Assembly: GCA_963761305.1 (NCBI GenBank) | Contig: CAVXGK010000002.1 | Coordinates: forward strand, 736,001 to 800,000 | Length of the DNA: 64,000 nucleotides | Direction of reading: 5' to 3' | From: an uncultured Gemmatimonadaceae bacterium | GTDB lineage: Bacteria > Gemmatimonadota > Gemmatimonadetes > Gemmatimonadales > Gemmatimonadaceae | Shown here: piece after piece, positions 29,514 to 39,095 of the stretch | How positions within the stretch are numbered: the first letter of the stretch is position 1 | How the letters are laid out: the number at the start of each line of letters is the position of its first letter | The notes under the pieces: generated by a model | The model's database searches: none | Told to the model about the DNA's origin: nothing | What the model saw: only the letters and a program-made list of their open reading frames with translations | Made by a program: the position numbers and the translations under genes

Positions 29514-30070
29514 CGCGACGCGTCGACGAGCTGTCCCCGTCACTCGTCATGCCCGACTGGGCATGCGTGAGCGAAAAGCGGATGGGGCATATCGCCCGCG
29601 TCGTCGCCCTGCTCATGCGGTGGGCGGACGCGCTCGAAGTGCGAGGCGACGAACGGCAGACGTGGTACGACGCCGGACTGCTCCATGACGCGCTCCGCGA
29701 CGCGCCGGAGTCGGGACTGCGCCGATTGTCGGGCGATCTCGTCCGTGAGGAAGAGCTGCTCCACGGACCGGCGGTGGCGAACCTCCTCGCCTCGCAGGCG
29801 AACACCAACACGGCGCTGCTCGACGCGATTCGCTTCCATACGGTCGGCTCGCCGAACTGGGACCGAACGGGCCGCGCCCTCTACATGGCGGATTTCCTCG
29901 AGCCGGGCCGCGGATTCGCGAAACGCGATCGCGCCTTCCTCGCCTATCAGGTACCGCACGATTTCGACGGCGTGTTTCGCCAGGTGCTCCGCGCGCGTCT
30001 AGAGCACGCATTGCGTGAGGGATTTACGCTCTTTCCGGAGACGGTGGGGTTGTGGAACGAAGTCCGGTAA
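29510..30070 (+). CDS. YqeK-like HD-domain hydrolase
   Basis: HIARV, LLHD, LHG, IRFHT, LYMADFLEPGR. Confidence 0.8.
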   Translation: MTRRVDELSPSLVMPDWACVSEKRMGHIARVVALLMRWADALEVRGDERQTWYDAGLLHDALRDAPESGLRRLSGDLVREEELLHGPAVANLLASQANTNTALLDAIRFHTVGSPNWDRTGRALYMADFLEPGRGFAKRDRAFLAYQVPHDFDGVFRQVLRARLEHALREGFTLFPETVGLWNEVR

Positions 30071-30504
30071 AGCGGCAGTGGATCGTGCTCGGTGTTTCGA
30101 CGCTGATGGCGATCGGTACGACCGGCGTGGCGATCTCGAGGTCACGCCACCCCGTTCGGACGGTCACCGGCGCGCCGAAAACGCGGCCGGGCGTCGTGGC
30201 GCCCGAGGGCGTTCGAATTCGCGTGCAGGTGCTCAACGGCACCCACGTTCGCGGGTTGGCGCGCCGCGCGACGGCCGTGCTGCGCGATCGTGGATTCGAC
30301 GTCGTGGAAACGGGCACGACCAGCAAGCAAGCCGATACGACGCTCGTCCTCGATCTCTCCGGCCATCCGGATTGGGCGAAGCGAATCGCCTCGCTGTTTC
30401 CGCCGGCGCGCATTCAAGCGCGCACCGACAGCTCACGCTACCTGGATATCGCCGTCGTGATCGGGTCGGCGTGGCGGCCGCCGCCCGAGACGCTCAACCC
30501 GTAG
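30052..30504 (+). CDS. LytR C-terminal domain protein, membrane anchored
   Basis: VQVLNGT, GLARR, LRDRGF, DIAVVIGSAW. Confidence 0.85.
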   Translation: MERSPVKRQWIVLGVSTLMAIGTTGVAISRSRHPVRTVTGAPKTRPGVVAPEGVRIRVQVLNGTHVRGLARRATAVLRDRGFDVVETGTTSKQADTTLVLDLSGHPDWAKRIASLFPPARIQARTDSSRYLDIAVVIGSAWRPPPETLNP

Positions 30505-31524
30505 CTGTCCGCACGCCGCGGCGATGTCCACGCCGCGGCTCTTTCGTATCGCGACCTCGACGTCCGCGTCGCGCAGCTCGCGGGCGAACACGCGGATCTG
30601 GTCGGCCGGCGTCGGAGTGAAACCGCGCGCACCGCCGGGGTGGAGCGGAATCAGGTTCACGAACGCACGGCACTCGCGAGCCAGCGACGCGAGCTGAATC
30701 GCGTGCTCCGGCCCGTCGTTCACGCCGCCCAGCATCACGTACTCGAACGTCACCCGCCGGTCGAACACTTTGGCGGCGCGAATCACGTCGGCAAGTGGAT
30801 ACTTGATGTTGATCGGCATCAGCTCGCGCCGCAGCGAGTCGCTCGGTGCGTGGACGGAGATCGCGAGGCGAAACTGTTCCGGTCGCTCCCCGAGCGCGAC
30901 GATGCCCGGGAGCACGCCGACGGTGGAAATGGTGATGTGCCGCGCGCCGATCCCGAGTCCCGCGGGGTGGTTGAGGATCGTGAGCGCCTTGTCCACCGAC
31001 TTCCAGTTCATGAGCGGCTCGCCCATGCCCATGAATACGACGTTGGTGATCGCGATCGGCGGATCGAGCAAGCGCATCTCGCGCACCTGCGCCGCGATCT
31101 CGAACGCCGAGAGGTTGCGGCTGAACCCCATCGCGCCGGTGGCGCAGAACGCGCACTGCAGCGCGCATCCCGCCTGCGACGAGATACAGAGCGTCGTGCG
31201 ATCGCCCTCGGGAATTGCGACGCTCTCGATCGCTTCGCCGTCGTGCAGTCGGAAGAGAAACTTCTCCGTGCCGTCCACCGACTTCTGACGCGCCGCCACC
31301 TCCAGACGCGGGAGATCGAACGCCTCGGCCAGCGACTCGCGCAGCGCCTTTGGTAGCTCCGTCATGTCGCCGAAGCTCGCCGCCGGATTCGTCCAGAGCC
31401 GGCGCGCGATCTGGGCAGCGCGATACTTCGGCTCGCCCGCGCGCTCGAGGAACGCGGCGAGCGCCGCCTGCGCCGCGTCGGGTGTCATGTCCAGCAGATT
31501 CCCGCGCGTGGGTTGAGAGGTCAC
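30433..31524 (-). CDS. rlmN: 23S rRNA/tRNA adenine C2-methyltransferase (radical SAM)
   Basis: CISSQAGCALQCAFC, MGMGEP, ISTVG, DIAAACGQL. Confidence 0.96.
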   Translation of the reverse strand: MTSQPTRGNLLDMTPDAAQAALAAFLERAGEPKYRAAQIARRLWTNPAASFGDMTELPKALRESLAEAFDLPRLEVAARQKSVDGTEKFLFRLHDGEAIESVAIPEGDRTTLCISSQAGCALQCAFCATGAMGFSRNLSAFEIAAQVREMRLLDPPIAITNVVFMGMGEPLMNWKSVDKALTILNHPAGLGIGARHITISTVGVLPGIVALGERPEQFRLAISVHAPSDSLRRELMPINIKYPLADVIRAAKVFDRRVTFEYVMLGGVNDGPEHAIQLASLARECRAFVNLIPLHPGGARGFTPTPADQIRVFARELRDADVEVAIRKSRGVDIAAACGQLRVERLGRRPPRRPDHDGDIQVA

Positions 31525-32429
31525 GGGATGGTGCGAGTCAATAGAAACTGGTAGCTCGCGCCGATCCCCGCGAACCCGTCCTCGCGCCCGACCGCCACGA
31601 CATACGACGCGTACCGAAGTCCGACGCCAAGCCGAAAGCGGCGGTCGCGATCGCCGAAGACGGTCGACCAGTCGAAGCCGCCGGTCGCGTTGAACCAGCG
31701 GTGGTCGACGCTGGTGAATACGTAGTCGTCTCGCCCGCGCGATTGCGTCACCGATGCCGAGTAGCCGACGCGCACGGTGAGCGAGGAATCGCGGCGGTAG
31801 ACCGGTGCGTCGACGGCGGTCATCAACGTCGCGGCGTCTTGCGAGCGGTCGGGGCTGAAGAGAAAGGTCGATGCGGCCGCACGCAGGGGCGTGCCGAGAA
31901 TTCGGTCGACAATCACACCCCCGTCGAGCGACAGCGCGCTTCCTTGATCCTGGTCCACCGTCGCCCATCGATAACGGGCAGCGACTCCGGCCGACCAAGT
32001 GCCGAACGCCGAATGCCGATTCGTCATCGCGAGGCCCGCCGAGAACAGGCTGGTGCCGTACGGAATCTCGCCGCCGATCGATTGCGGATCAGTCTCGGTG
32101 CGCAGGATGTCGCTCACCGACGCCTGGGCGTAAGAGACCGCGGCGAGGAGACCGGGTCGAACGCGGTACTCGGCGCCGATCATGGCCAGTTGAACGCCCT
32201 GGTTCTGCGGCGTCGTCAAACCGGCGAGACCGATCGACGCGCGCTGCGTGGAGTCGGCGGCACGACTCGCCGGATTCCATAGACTGGCGGGCATTCGCGT
32301 GCTCAAGGCCGGCGCGTCGGCGAGGAGGCCGAGCGGGAACTCGAACAGGTCGCGCGCGGGCACCGATTGGGCCGCCGCGGGCGCCGAGAGGAGGACTGAA
32401 GCGAGCGCGGCGAAGGTGAAGCGCGACAT
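31521..32429 (-). CDS. Secreted / outer-membrane beta-barrel-like hypothetical protein
   Basis: Signal peptide ending AAAQ; WNPA motif; amphipathic beta-strand pattern; own promoter. Confidence 0.6.
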   Translation of the reverse strand: MSRFTFAALASVLLSAPAAAQSVPARDLFEFPLGLLADAPALSTRMPASLWNPASRAADSTQRASIGLAGLTTPQNQGVQLAMIGAEYRVRPGLLAAVSYAQASVSDILRTETDPQSIGGEIPYGTSLFSAGLAMTNRHSAFGTWSAGVAARYRWATVDQDQGSALSLDGGVIVDRILGTPLRAAASTFLFSPDRSQDAATLMTAVDAPVYRRDSSLTVRVGYSASVTQSRGRDDYVFTSVDHRWFNATGGFDWSTVFGDRDRRFRLGVGLRYASYVVAVGREDGFAGIGASYQFLLTRTIP

Positions 32430-32436
32430 ACACTTG

Positions 32437-32465
32437 AGGTTAGCGGACGACACAGCAGCGGTCAA
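32437..32465 (-). promoter_or_regulatory. sigma70-type promoter, apparently leaderless
   Basis: TTGACC-17 nt-TAACCT-7 nt-ATG(32429). Confidence 0.65.
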
Positions 32466-32516
32466 GCAAAATCACTACCGTCAACGACCCGGTCCGAATA
32501 CATTCCGTGAACTGGA

Positions 32517-34328
32517 ATGAACCATTCGACGAAGCAGAATCTGCTTCTCGCCCCACACGCCACAACTCTGCGCACGCACCTCTGCGGCGCCCTTCGCGCT
32601 GCCGATGTCGGGCAACGCGTGCGGCTTGGCGGCTGGGTGCATCGCAATCGCGACCTCGGTGGGCTCGCGTTCATCGATCTGCGCGATCGCGCGGGGATCG
32701 TGCAGATCTCGTTCGATCCGAAGCACTGTGCAGCCGACGTGTGCGCGGCCGCGGCGGCGCTCGGACCCGAGACCGTCGTCCTCGTGGATGGTGACGTCGT
32801 CGCGCGGCCGGAAGCGATGAGAAACCCTGATCTGGCGACAGGTGAGGTCGAGATTCGCGCGACGGGACTGACCGTAGTGGGTCCGTCGACACCGCCGGCC
32901 ATTCCCGTCGCGCGCGCGCGCAACGAGAACCTCGCGGCCGAAGAGCTGCGTCTGCGCCATCGTTTTCTCGACCTTCGCCGGCCCGAGTTGCAGGAGAACA
33001 TCATCCTGCGCCACAGGCTCATGCAGGTGACGCGGAGCTACCTGAGCGAGAACGGCTTCTTCGAGATCGAGACGCCGATCCTCACCAAGCCGACGCCCGA
33101 GGGCGCGCGCGACTATCTCGTGCCGAGCCGCGTGCATCCGGGCGAGTTCTACGCGCTGCCGCAGTCGCCGCAGCTCTACAAGCAGCTGCTCATGGTCTCG
33201 GGGTTCGACCGGTATTTCCAGATCGCGCGGTGTTTCCGCGACGAGGACCTGCGTCAGGACCGGCAGCCGGAGTTCACGCAGATCGACATCGAGGCGTCGT
33301 TCATCCAGACCGAAGACATTCTTCGGCTGAGTGAAGGACTCGTCGGCGCGCTGTGGCGCGAGGCCGGTGTCGAGATTCCGCCGCGCTTTCCGCGCATGAC
33401 CTACACCGAGGCGATGGAGCGCTTCGGCTCGGACAGGCCGGACACGCGCTACGCGCTCGAGATCTTCGACGCGAGCGAGGCGTTTCGCGGCGCCGAGTTC
33501 GCGATCACGCGCGCGGCGCTCGACGCCGGCGGACGCGTGCGCGGCATTCGTGTGCCCGGCGGCGCCGCGCTGTCGCGCAAGCAGGTGGACGAGATCGAAG
33601 CCGAGGCCAAGAAGGCCGGCGCGGCCGGACTGCTGCGGCTCAAGTTCGTGAACGGCGCCCTCGATGGACCGATCGCAAAGTTTTTACTGGAAGGATCGAA
33701 CAAGCAGCTCGCGTTGGCCGAAGGCGAGCTCGCCCTGTTCGTGGCCGGCCCGGACCGGGTCTCGAATCCGGCGCTCGACCGCGTCCGGGAGGACGTGGCG
33801 CGCCGCATGAACCTGATTCCGGAATCCAAATTGAAGTTCCTGTGGGTCACGGATTTTCCGATGTTCGATCGCGATCCGGCCACCGGCGCCCTGGGCGCGG
33901 TTCACCACCCGTTCACGTCGCCGATGCCGGAGGACCTGCCGCTTCTCGACAGCGCGCCGGAGAAGGCGCGCGCCCAGGCCTACGACTGCGTGCTCAATGG
34001 CACCGAGCTCGGCGGCGGCAGCATCCGCGTGAGCGACCCGCGTCTCCAGGCGAAGGTCTTTTCGCTCCTCGGCATCGACGAAGCGACGGCCGCGGCGCGG
34101 TTCGGGTTCCTGCTCGAAGGACTCCGCGCCGGCGCGCCGCCGCACGGCGGCATCGCGTTCGGGTTCGATCGGGTCGCGATGCAGCTGGCCGGCGCCGGCT
34201 CGCTGCGCGACGTGATCGCGTTTCCGAAGACGACCGCGGCGCGCGCCCTGTTCGAAGGCGCGCCATCGGCGGTGCCGCCGGAGGATCTGCGCGATCTGCA
34301 CATCAGCGTGACGGAAACCAAGGCGTGA
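32517..34328 (+). CDS. aspS: Aspartate--tRNA ligase
   Basis: TPEGARDYLVPSR, LPQSPQLYKQ, CFRDED, HHPFT, APPHGG. Confidence 0.97.
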   Translation: MNHSTKQNLLLAPHATTLRTHLCGALRAADVGQRVRLGGWVHRNRDLGGLAFIDLRDRAGIVQISFDPKHCAADVCAAAAALGPETVVLVDGDVVARPEAMRNPDLATGEVEIRATGLTVVGPSTPPAIPVARARNENLAAEELRLRHRFLDLRRPELQENIILRHRLMQVTRSYLSENGFFEIETPILTKPTPEGARDYLVPSRVHPGEFYALPQSPQLYKQLLMVSGFDRYFQIARCFRDEDLRQDRQPEFTQIDIEASFIQTEDILRLSEGLVGALWREAGVEIPPRFPRMTYTEAMERFGSDRPDTRYALEIFDASEAFRGAEFAITRAALDAGGRVRGIRVPGGAALSRKQVDEIEAEAKKAGAAGLLRLKFVNGALDGPIAKFLLEGSNKQLALAEGELALFVAGPDRVSNPALDRVREDVARRMNLIPESKLKFLWVTDFPMFDRDPATGALGAVHHPFTSPMPEDLPLLDSAPEKARAQAYDCVLNGTELGGGSIRVSDPRLQAKVFSLLGIDEATAAARFGFLLEGLRAGAPPHGGIAFGFDRVAMQLAGAGSLRDVIAFPKTTAARALFEGAPSAVPPEDLRDLHISVTETKA

Positions 34329-35296
34329 CCGACGCGGTGACCGAGCGCCTCTCCACGGAAGGCGCCGACCCGCTGACGCTCGCGGGCGTGAACGACGGCA
34401 ACCTCGTCGAATTGTCGCGAGTGAGCGGCGCGCGCATCACGCTGCGCGGCGATACGCTCGCGATCTCCGGCCCGCCGGATCTCGTCGCCCGCGCGGCGGG
34501 AATCGCCCATCGGATGATCGAAGCCGCCCGGCAGCGTCGCGATCTCACGCCGGACGACATCCTCCGCTTCGGCGACTCGGTGGAGCGGCACGACGATACC
34601 GAGGACTCAGCGGACTCGCCGGCCGGCAACGGCACTCGCATCGCCCTGCCGGGAATCCGACGCGTCATCCAGCCCAAGACGGCCGGCCAGACGGAGTACC
34701 TGAAGAAGATTCAGGAGAACGACATCGTCGTGGGCATCGGACCCGCGGGAACGGGCAAGACGTATCTGGCCGTCGCCGCCGCGGTGGACGCGCTGGCGCG
34801 AAAGAAAGTCCGGCGCATCGTGCTCGCCCGGCCCGCGGTCGAAGCCGGCGAGAATCTCGGCTTCCTGCCGGGCGACATGCAGGCGAAGATCGACCCGTAT
34901 CTGCGCCCGCTGTACGACGCGCTCGACGACATGATGCCCTTTGAGCGCGTGCAGCGCGCGCTGGAGCAGCGCGTCATCGAGGTCGCGCCGCTCGCCTTCA
35001 TGCGCGGGCGCACGCTCGGCGATGCGTTCGTCATCGTCGACGAGGCCCAGAACGCCACGACGATGCAGATGAAGATGCTGCTCACGCGACTCGGCGTGAA
35101 TTCACGAATGGTCATCACCGGCGACAAGACGCAAGTCGATCTGCCGAAGCGCGAGGATTCGGGCCTCATGCAGGTCGAACGAATCCTGCCGGGCATCGAC
35201 GGCATCGGATTCCACTACTTCACGGAGATCGACGTGGTTCGTCACCGCCTCGTCCGCGACATCGTTCGCGCGTACGCGGCCGACAGCGAGGTCTAG
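34325..35296 (+). CDS. phoH: PhoH-family ATPase
   Basis: GPAGTGKT, RPAVEAGE, GFLPG, DEAQN, GDKTQVDL. Confidence 0.93.
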   Translation: MTDAVTERLSTEGADPLTLAGVNDGNLVELSRVSGARITLRGDTLAISGPPDLVARAAGIAHRMIEAARQRRDLTPDDILRFGDSVERHDDTEDSADSPAGNGTRIALPGIRRVIQPKTAGQTEYLKKIQENDIVVGIGPAGTGKTYLAVAAAVDALARKKVRRIVLARPAVEAGENLGFLPGDMQAKIDPYLRPLYDALDDMMPFERVQRALEQRVIEVAPLAFMRGRTLGDAFVIVDEAQNATTMQMKMLLTRLGVNSRMVITGDKTQVDLPKREDSGLMQVERILPGIDGIGFHYFTEIDVVRHRLVRDIVRAYAADSEV

Positions 35297-35352
35297 CCAC
35301 TCGTGCGCGTGTCTCCCGCCGTCCTCCTCCGCCTCGCATCGCGCGCGCACGC

Positions 35353-35949
35353 GTGAGCCTCGACGTGGACGTCTCGACGTCCGGAGTGCGCTCACCCATC
35401 GCCGCGGCGCGGCTGGCCGACGCGGCTCGCGCGGCACTGCGGGCGGAGAAGGTGCGCAACGCCCTCGTCTCGATCGCGCTGGTCGACCGCCGCACGATCG
35501 CGCGGTTGAACCGCGCGCATCTCGGACATCGCGGCCCGACGGACGTGATCTCGTTTTCGTTCGCGCGCGCGACGGACCGTGACGCCGTGATCGGCGATAT
35601 ATATCTGTCGCCGGATGTCGCGCGCGAAAATGCCGCGGCGCGCGGAGTGCCCGTACGCGAGGAGCTCGTCCGGCTCGTCGTCCACGGAACGCTTCACGTC
35701 CTCGGCCGCGATCACCCCGACGGATCGACGCGCGAAGCGTCGCCAATGTGGAAGCGACAGGAGCGGATCGTCCGGCGTCTGACGGGGAAGGGGGGGGCCG
35801 GTGATCCTCGAGATCGCGGATTGGATCGTCGGCGGTACGGCGACGCTGGTCGCCGTCGCGTGCGCCGCGGCCGACTCGGCGCTGCTCGTCTCGCACGTGT
35901 CCGAAACGACGAGCGCGTGGGACGCGGAGTTCGCCGACCGGGAGCGTGA
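35353..35949 (+). CDS. ybeY: rRNA maturation RNase YbeY (3' end possibly affected by a G-tract indel)
   Basis: PTDVISF, GDIYLS, HGTLHVLGRDH; reads 149 bp into the next gene. Confidence 0.88.
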   Translation: MSLDVDVSTSGVRSPIAAARLADAARAALRAEKVRNALVSIALVDRRTIARLNRAHLGHRGPTDVISFSFARATDRDAVIGDIYLSPDVARENAAARGVPVREELVRLVVHGTLHVLGRDHPDGSTREASPMWKRQERIVRRLTGKGGAGDPRDRGLDRRRYGDAGRRRVRRGRLGAARLARVRNDERVGRGVRRPGA

Positions 35950-37045
35950 CCATCGCGCGCTGTCGATGGCTCGCGTGCTCGCCTACGTGATCGCCGGAGC
36001 GGCCTTCGCGCAGGGACTGCGGCTGCCCGACGCGTCGCCGTGGATACGAGTGCTCGCCATCGCGCTGGCGGGGGTGATCGTGTGCGCCGTCGCCGAAGGC
36101 TTCGGGCCGGCGATCGGCGAAGCGGCGGCCGAGGCCGGTTCATCGAGGTTCGAGCCGCTCACGCGATTCACCAGCGTCGTGCTTCGTCCGGCCGTGGCGC
36201 TCGGGCAGTTGATCGACCGCGCGCTGCACCTCTTGATCCCCGCCGCGCCGCTCCGCGACGAAGACCGCGAGACGTCCGCCGAACAGTTCCGCGAAGTGGT
36301 CGCGGCGGAAGCGGAGGTCTCGTCGGCCGAGGAAGAGCTCATTCACGGCGTCTTCTCACTCGGCGAGACCGAGGTGCAGGAAATCATGATCCCGCGCGTC
36401 GACATCGTGGGCATCGAAGCCGAAACGCCGTGGTCCGAGACGCTCGACCGCATTCGAAGCTCGCAGCACGCGCGGCTGCCCGTGTTTCGCGAGTCGATCG
36501 ACGACATCGTCGGCATCCTGTACGCGAAGGACGTTCTCCCCGCCATCGTCGCCGACGAGGAACCGGCGGGCGGTTGGGGATCGCTCGTCCGCCGCGCGAC
36601 GTTCATTCCCGTCTCCAAGCGGATCGACGCGCAGCTGCGCGAGTTTCAGTCGAGCCGCACGCACATCGCCATCGTGAGCGACGAGTACGGCGGCACCGCG
36701 GGGCTCATCACCATCGAAGACATTCTCGAGGAGATCGTCGGCGAGATTCGCGACGAGTACGACGTCGAGGAGCCGCCGATCGAGCAGCAGGGCGCCGATC
36801 GCTTCTGGGTGAGCGGCAATGTGCCGATCGACGAGCTGGCCGAGCGTCTCGAGACCGATTTCGGCATCGAGGACGTGGCGACAGTGGGCGGGCTCGTGTA
36901 CGCGCTGTTCAGACGCGTGCCGAGATCGGGCGAATGGCTCGCGCACTCGGGATTTCGCGTCGTGGTGGAACGCGTTCGGCGCCGGCGCATCGAGCGCGTG
37001 TACTTCGAGCGTCTCGAGCCGGCGCGCACGGCGGAGACTGAATGA
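35801..37045 (+). CDS. CNNM/CorC (HlyC-type) membrane protein with CBS pair and CorC domain
   Basis: EIMIPR, HARLPV, DEYGGTAGLITIEDILEEIVGEIRDEYD. Confidence 0.9.
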   Translation: MILEIADWIVGGTATLVAVACAAADSALLVSHVSETTSAWDAEFADRERDHRALSMARVLAYVIAGAAFAQGLRLPDASPWIRVLAIALAGVIVCAVAEGFGPAIGEAAAEAGSSRFEPLTRFTSVVLRPAVALGQLIDRALHLLIPAAPLRDEDRETSAEQFREVVAAEAEVSSAEEELIHGVFSLGETEVQEIMIPRVDIVGIEAETPWSETLDRIRSSQHARLPVFRESIDDIVGILYAKDVLPAIVADEEPAGGWGSLVRRATFIPVSKRIDAQLREFQSSRTHIAIVSDEYGGTAGLITIEDILEEIVGEIRDEYDVEEPPIEQQGADRFWVSGNVPIDELAERLETDFGIEDVATVGGLVYALFRRVPRSGEWLAHSGFRVVVERVRRRRIERVYFERLEPARTAETE

Positions 37046-38019
37046 CCCTCACGCTGCCGCTGCTCGTCGCGCTCGGCGTCGTCGCAATGCTCACCGCCGG
37101 GGGCACCGCGGTCCGACTCGTGAGCCGGATTTGGCTCCGGCACTGGGCCGAGCGGCGGCTGCGCGGGTCGGTCGCGGCCGTGACGTATCTGGAACGGCCG
37201 CACCGCCTCTTGACCGCCGCCGGAGCCGGTGTCGCGCTGACGCTCGTCGTCGCGGGCATGTCGCTCGGCACGACGGGCGGCGTGTCGGGAGTGCTCCTCG
37301 AGGCGATCGTGTTCGCCGGCCTGGTCGTTCTCGCGGGACAACTCGTGCCGCGCGCGATCGCGCGGCGTTGGCCGTCGGCCGTGGCGGCAACGACGCTGCC
37401 CGTGCTACGCCTCGCCGACATGACGACGCTCCCGCTCGTCGGGATCGGGCGCGCCGCGGCGCGACTGGTCGTCGAGCAGGCGCCGCCCAAGCCCGTGGCG
37501 GAAGGGCGCGACCCGATTCAAGAGTTGCTGCGCGAGGGTGAGCTCGAGGGCATCGGCGAGCGCGAAGAGATCGCGATCATCAGCGGCGTGGTCGAATTCA
37601 GCGGAAAAGTCGTGAAGGACGTCATGACGCCGCGCTCCGAGATGTTCGCGCTCCCCGACGGCGTGGATCCGCACTCGCTCGCCGCGCAGATCGCGCAGTC
37701 GCGCTACAGCCGCGTTCCCATTTATCATGGAACGCTCGATCAGATCATCGGCATGGTCCACGCGTTCGACGTGATCAAATCGCACGGCAGCATCGCCGGA
37801 CGGCTCCGTCCCGTGGCCTTCTCGGCTCCCGGCGCGCCGTGCAACGAGCTACTGTTTCGCATGCTCAGAGAGCGACTGCACCTCGCCGTCGTTCGCGACG
37901 AGTCGGGACGCGCGCTGGGGCTCGTCACGCTCGAGGATCTGCTCGAGGAACTGGTCGGCGACATCCGCGACGAGCACGACGAGCCGGATCCGCCGCGCGC
38001 CAAGCCGAGCGGATCGTGA
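37042..38019 (+). CDS. Second CNNM/CBS membrane protein (no CorC domain)
   Basis: GQLVPR, VMTPR, YSRVP, LVTLEDLLEELVGDIRDEHD. Confidence 0.87.
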   Translation: MTLTLPLLVALGVVAMLTAGGTAVRLVSRIWLRHWAERRLRGSVAAVTYLERPHRLLTAAGAGVALTLVVAGMSLGTTGGVSGVLLEAIVFAGLVVLAGQLVPRAIARRWPSAVAATTLPVLRLADMTTLPLVGIGRAAARLVVEQAPPKPVAEGRDPIQELLREGELEGIGEREEIAIISGVVEFSGKVVKDVMTPRSEMFALPDGVDPHSLAAQIAQSRYSRVPIYHGTLDQIIGMVHAFDVIKSHGSIAGRLRPVAFSAPGAPCNELLFRMLRERLHLAVVRDESGRALGLVTLEDLLEELVGDIRDEHDEPDPPRAKPSGS

Positions 38020-39095
38020 CGGCGACGCCGGCGCTGGATCGCACTGCCCAACTGCTCGCCGACTTCGACGCGGGACGCAAAGCCGCGCTCGCGCGTGTCG
38101 TGAGCGTGGTCGAGAATCACCGGCCGGGCTTCGACCGCATTCTGGCGACGCTGCATTCGCGCGTCGGCCGGGCGCGACGCATTGGGATCACCGGGCCGCC
38201 CGGCGCCGGAAAGAGTACGCTCACCGTCCATCTCGCGCGCTCGTATCGCGAGGCCGGCCTGTCGGTGGGAATCATCGCCGTGGATCCGACGTCGCCGTTC
38301 ACCGGCGGCGCGCTGCTCGGCGATCGCATTCGCATGGAAGCCGTCGCGCTCGATCCCGGCGTGTTCATTCGCTCGATGGCCACGCGCGGGTCGCTCGGCG
38401 GATTGGCCGCCGCGACGCGCGAGGTGGCCGACGTGCTCGACGCGTTCGGACTCGACCGCGTGCTCATCGAAACGGTGGGCGTGGGACAGAGTGAGCTCGA
38501 CATCGCGCGCACCGCGGACACGAGCGTGGTCGTGCTCGTTCCCGAATCGGGCGATTCGATTCAAACGCTCAAGGCGGGCCTGATGGAGATCGCGGACGTG
38601 TTCGTGGTGAACAAGGCGGACCGGCCGGGTGCGGATCGTCTGCGCAACGAGATCGAGCTGATGCTCGGACTTCGCCAGGGCGCGACGATGCGGAACGTGC
38701 CGGCGCACCACGGCGTCGACCTCTCGATGAATCCGATGCGCGCCGCCAGAGCGGCGGCTCGCGAGGACAACCCGGACCACTGGACCTCTCCGGTGCTTCG
38801 AACCGTTGCATCGCAAGGCGAGGGAATTGCCGAAGTGATCGCGGCGACGGATCGGCATCTCAGCTATCTTGAGAAGAGCGGGGAGCTGGGCGCGCGCCGC
38901 CGGGCTCGGTTGCGCGATCGCGTCGAAGACGTCGTTGAAATGCGAGTCCGGAGGCGCCTCTGGACGAACTCCGACACGAACGCGTGGCTGGACACCCAGC
39001 TTCCGGCGCTTCAAGCCGGCGCGACGAATCCGTTCGCCGTGGCGGACGAATTGCTGGCGCGCAGCGCGGACCTTCTAACGCGGAACGAGTCATGA
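38016..39095 (+). CDS. meaB: B12-mutase chaperone GTPase MeaB
   Basis: [41 protein letters not shown]. Confidence 0.95.
   Translation: MTATPALDRTAQLLADFDAGRKAALARVVSVVENHRPGFDRILATLHSRVGRARRIGITGPPGAGKSTLTVHLARSYREAGLSVGIIAVDPTSPFTGGALLGDRIRMEAVALDPGVFIRSMATRGSLGGLAAATREVADVLDAFGLDRVLIETVGVGQSELDIARTADTSVVVLVPESGDSIQTLKAGLMEIADVFVVNKADRPGADRLRNEIELMLGLRQGATMRNVPAHHGVDLSMNPMRAARAAAREDNPDHWTSPVLRTVASQGEGIAEVIAATDRHLSYLEKSGELGARRRARLRDRVEDVVEMRVRRRLWTNSDTNAWLDTQLPALQAGATNPFAVADELLARSADLLTRNES

Noticed and set aside
32494..32509. CCGAA-N6-CCGTG upstream of aspS as another LexA box
   Set aside because: Second half-site matches only 3 of 5 bases and aspS is not an expected SOS gene
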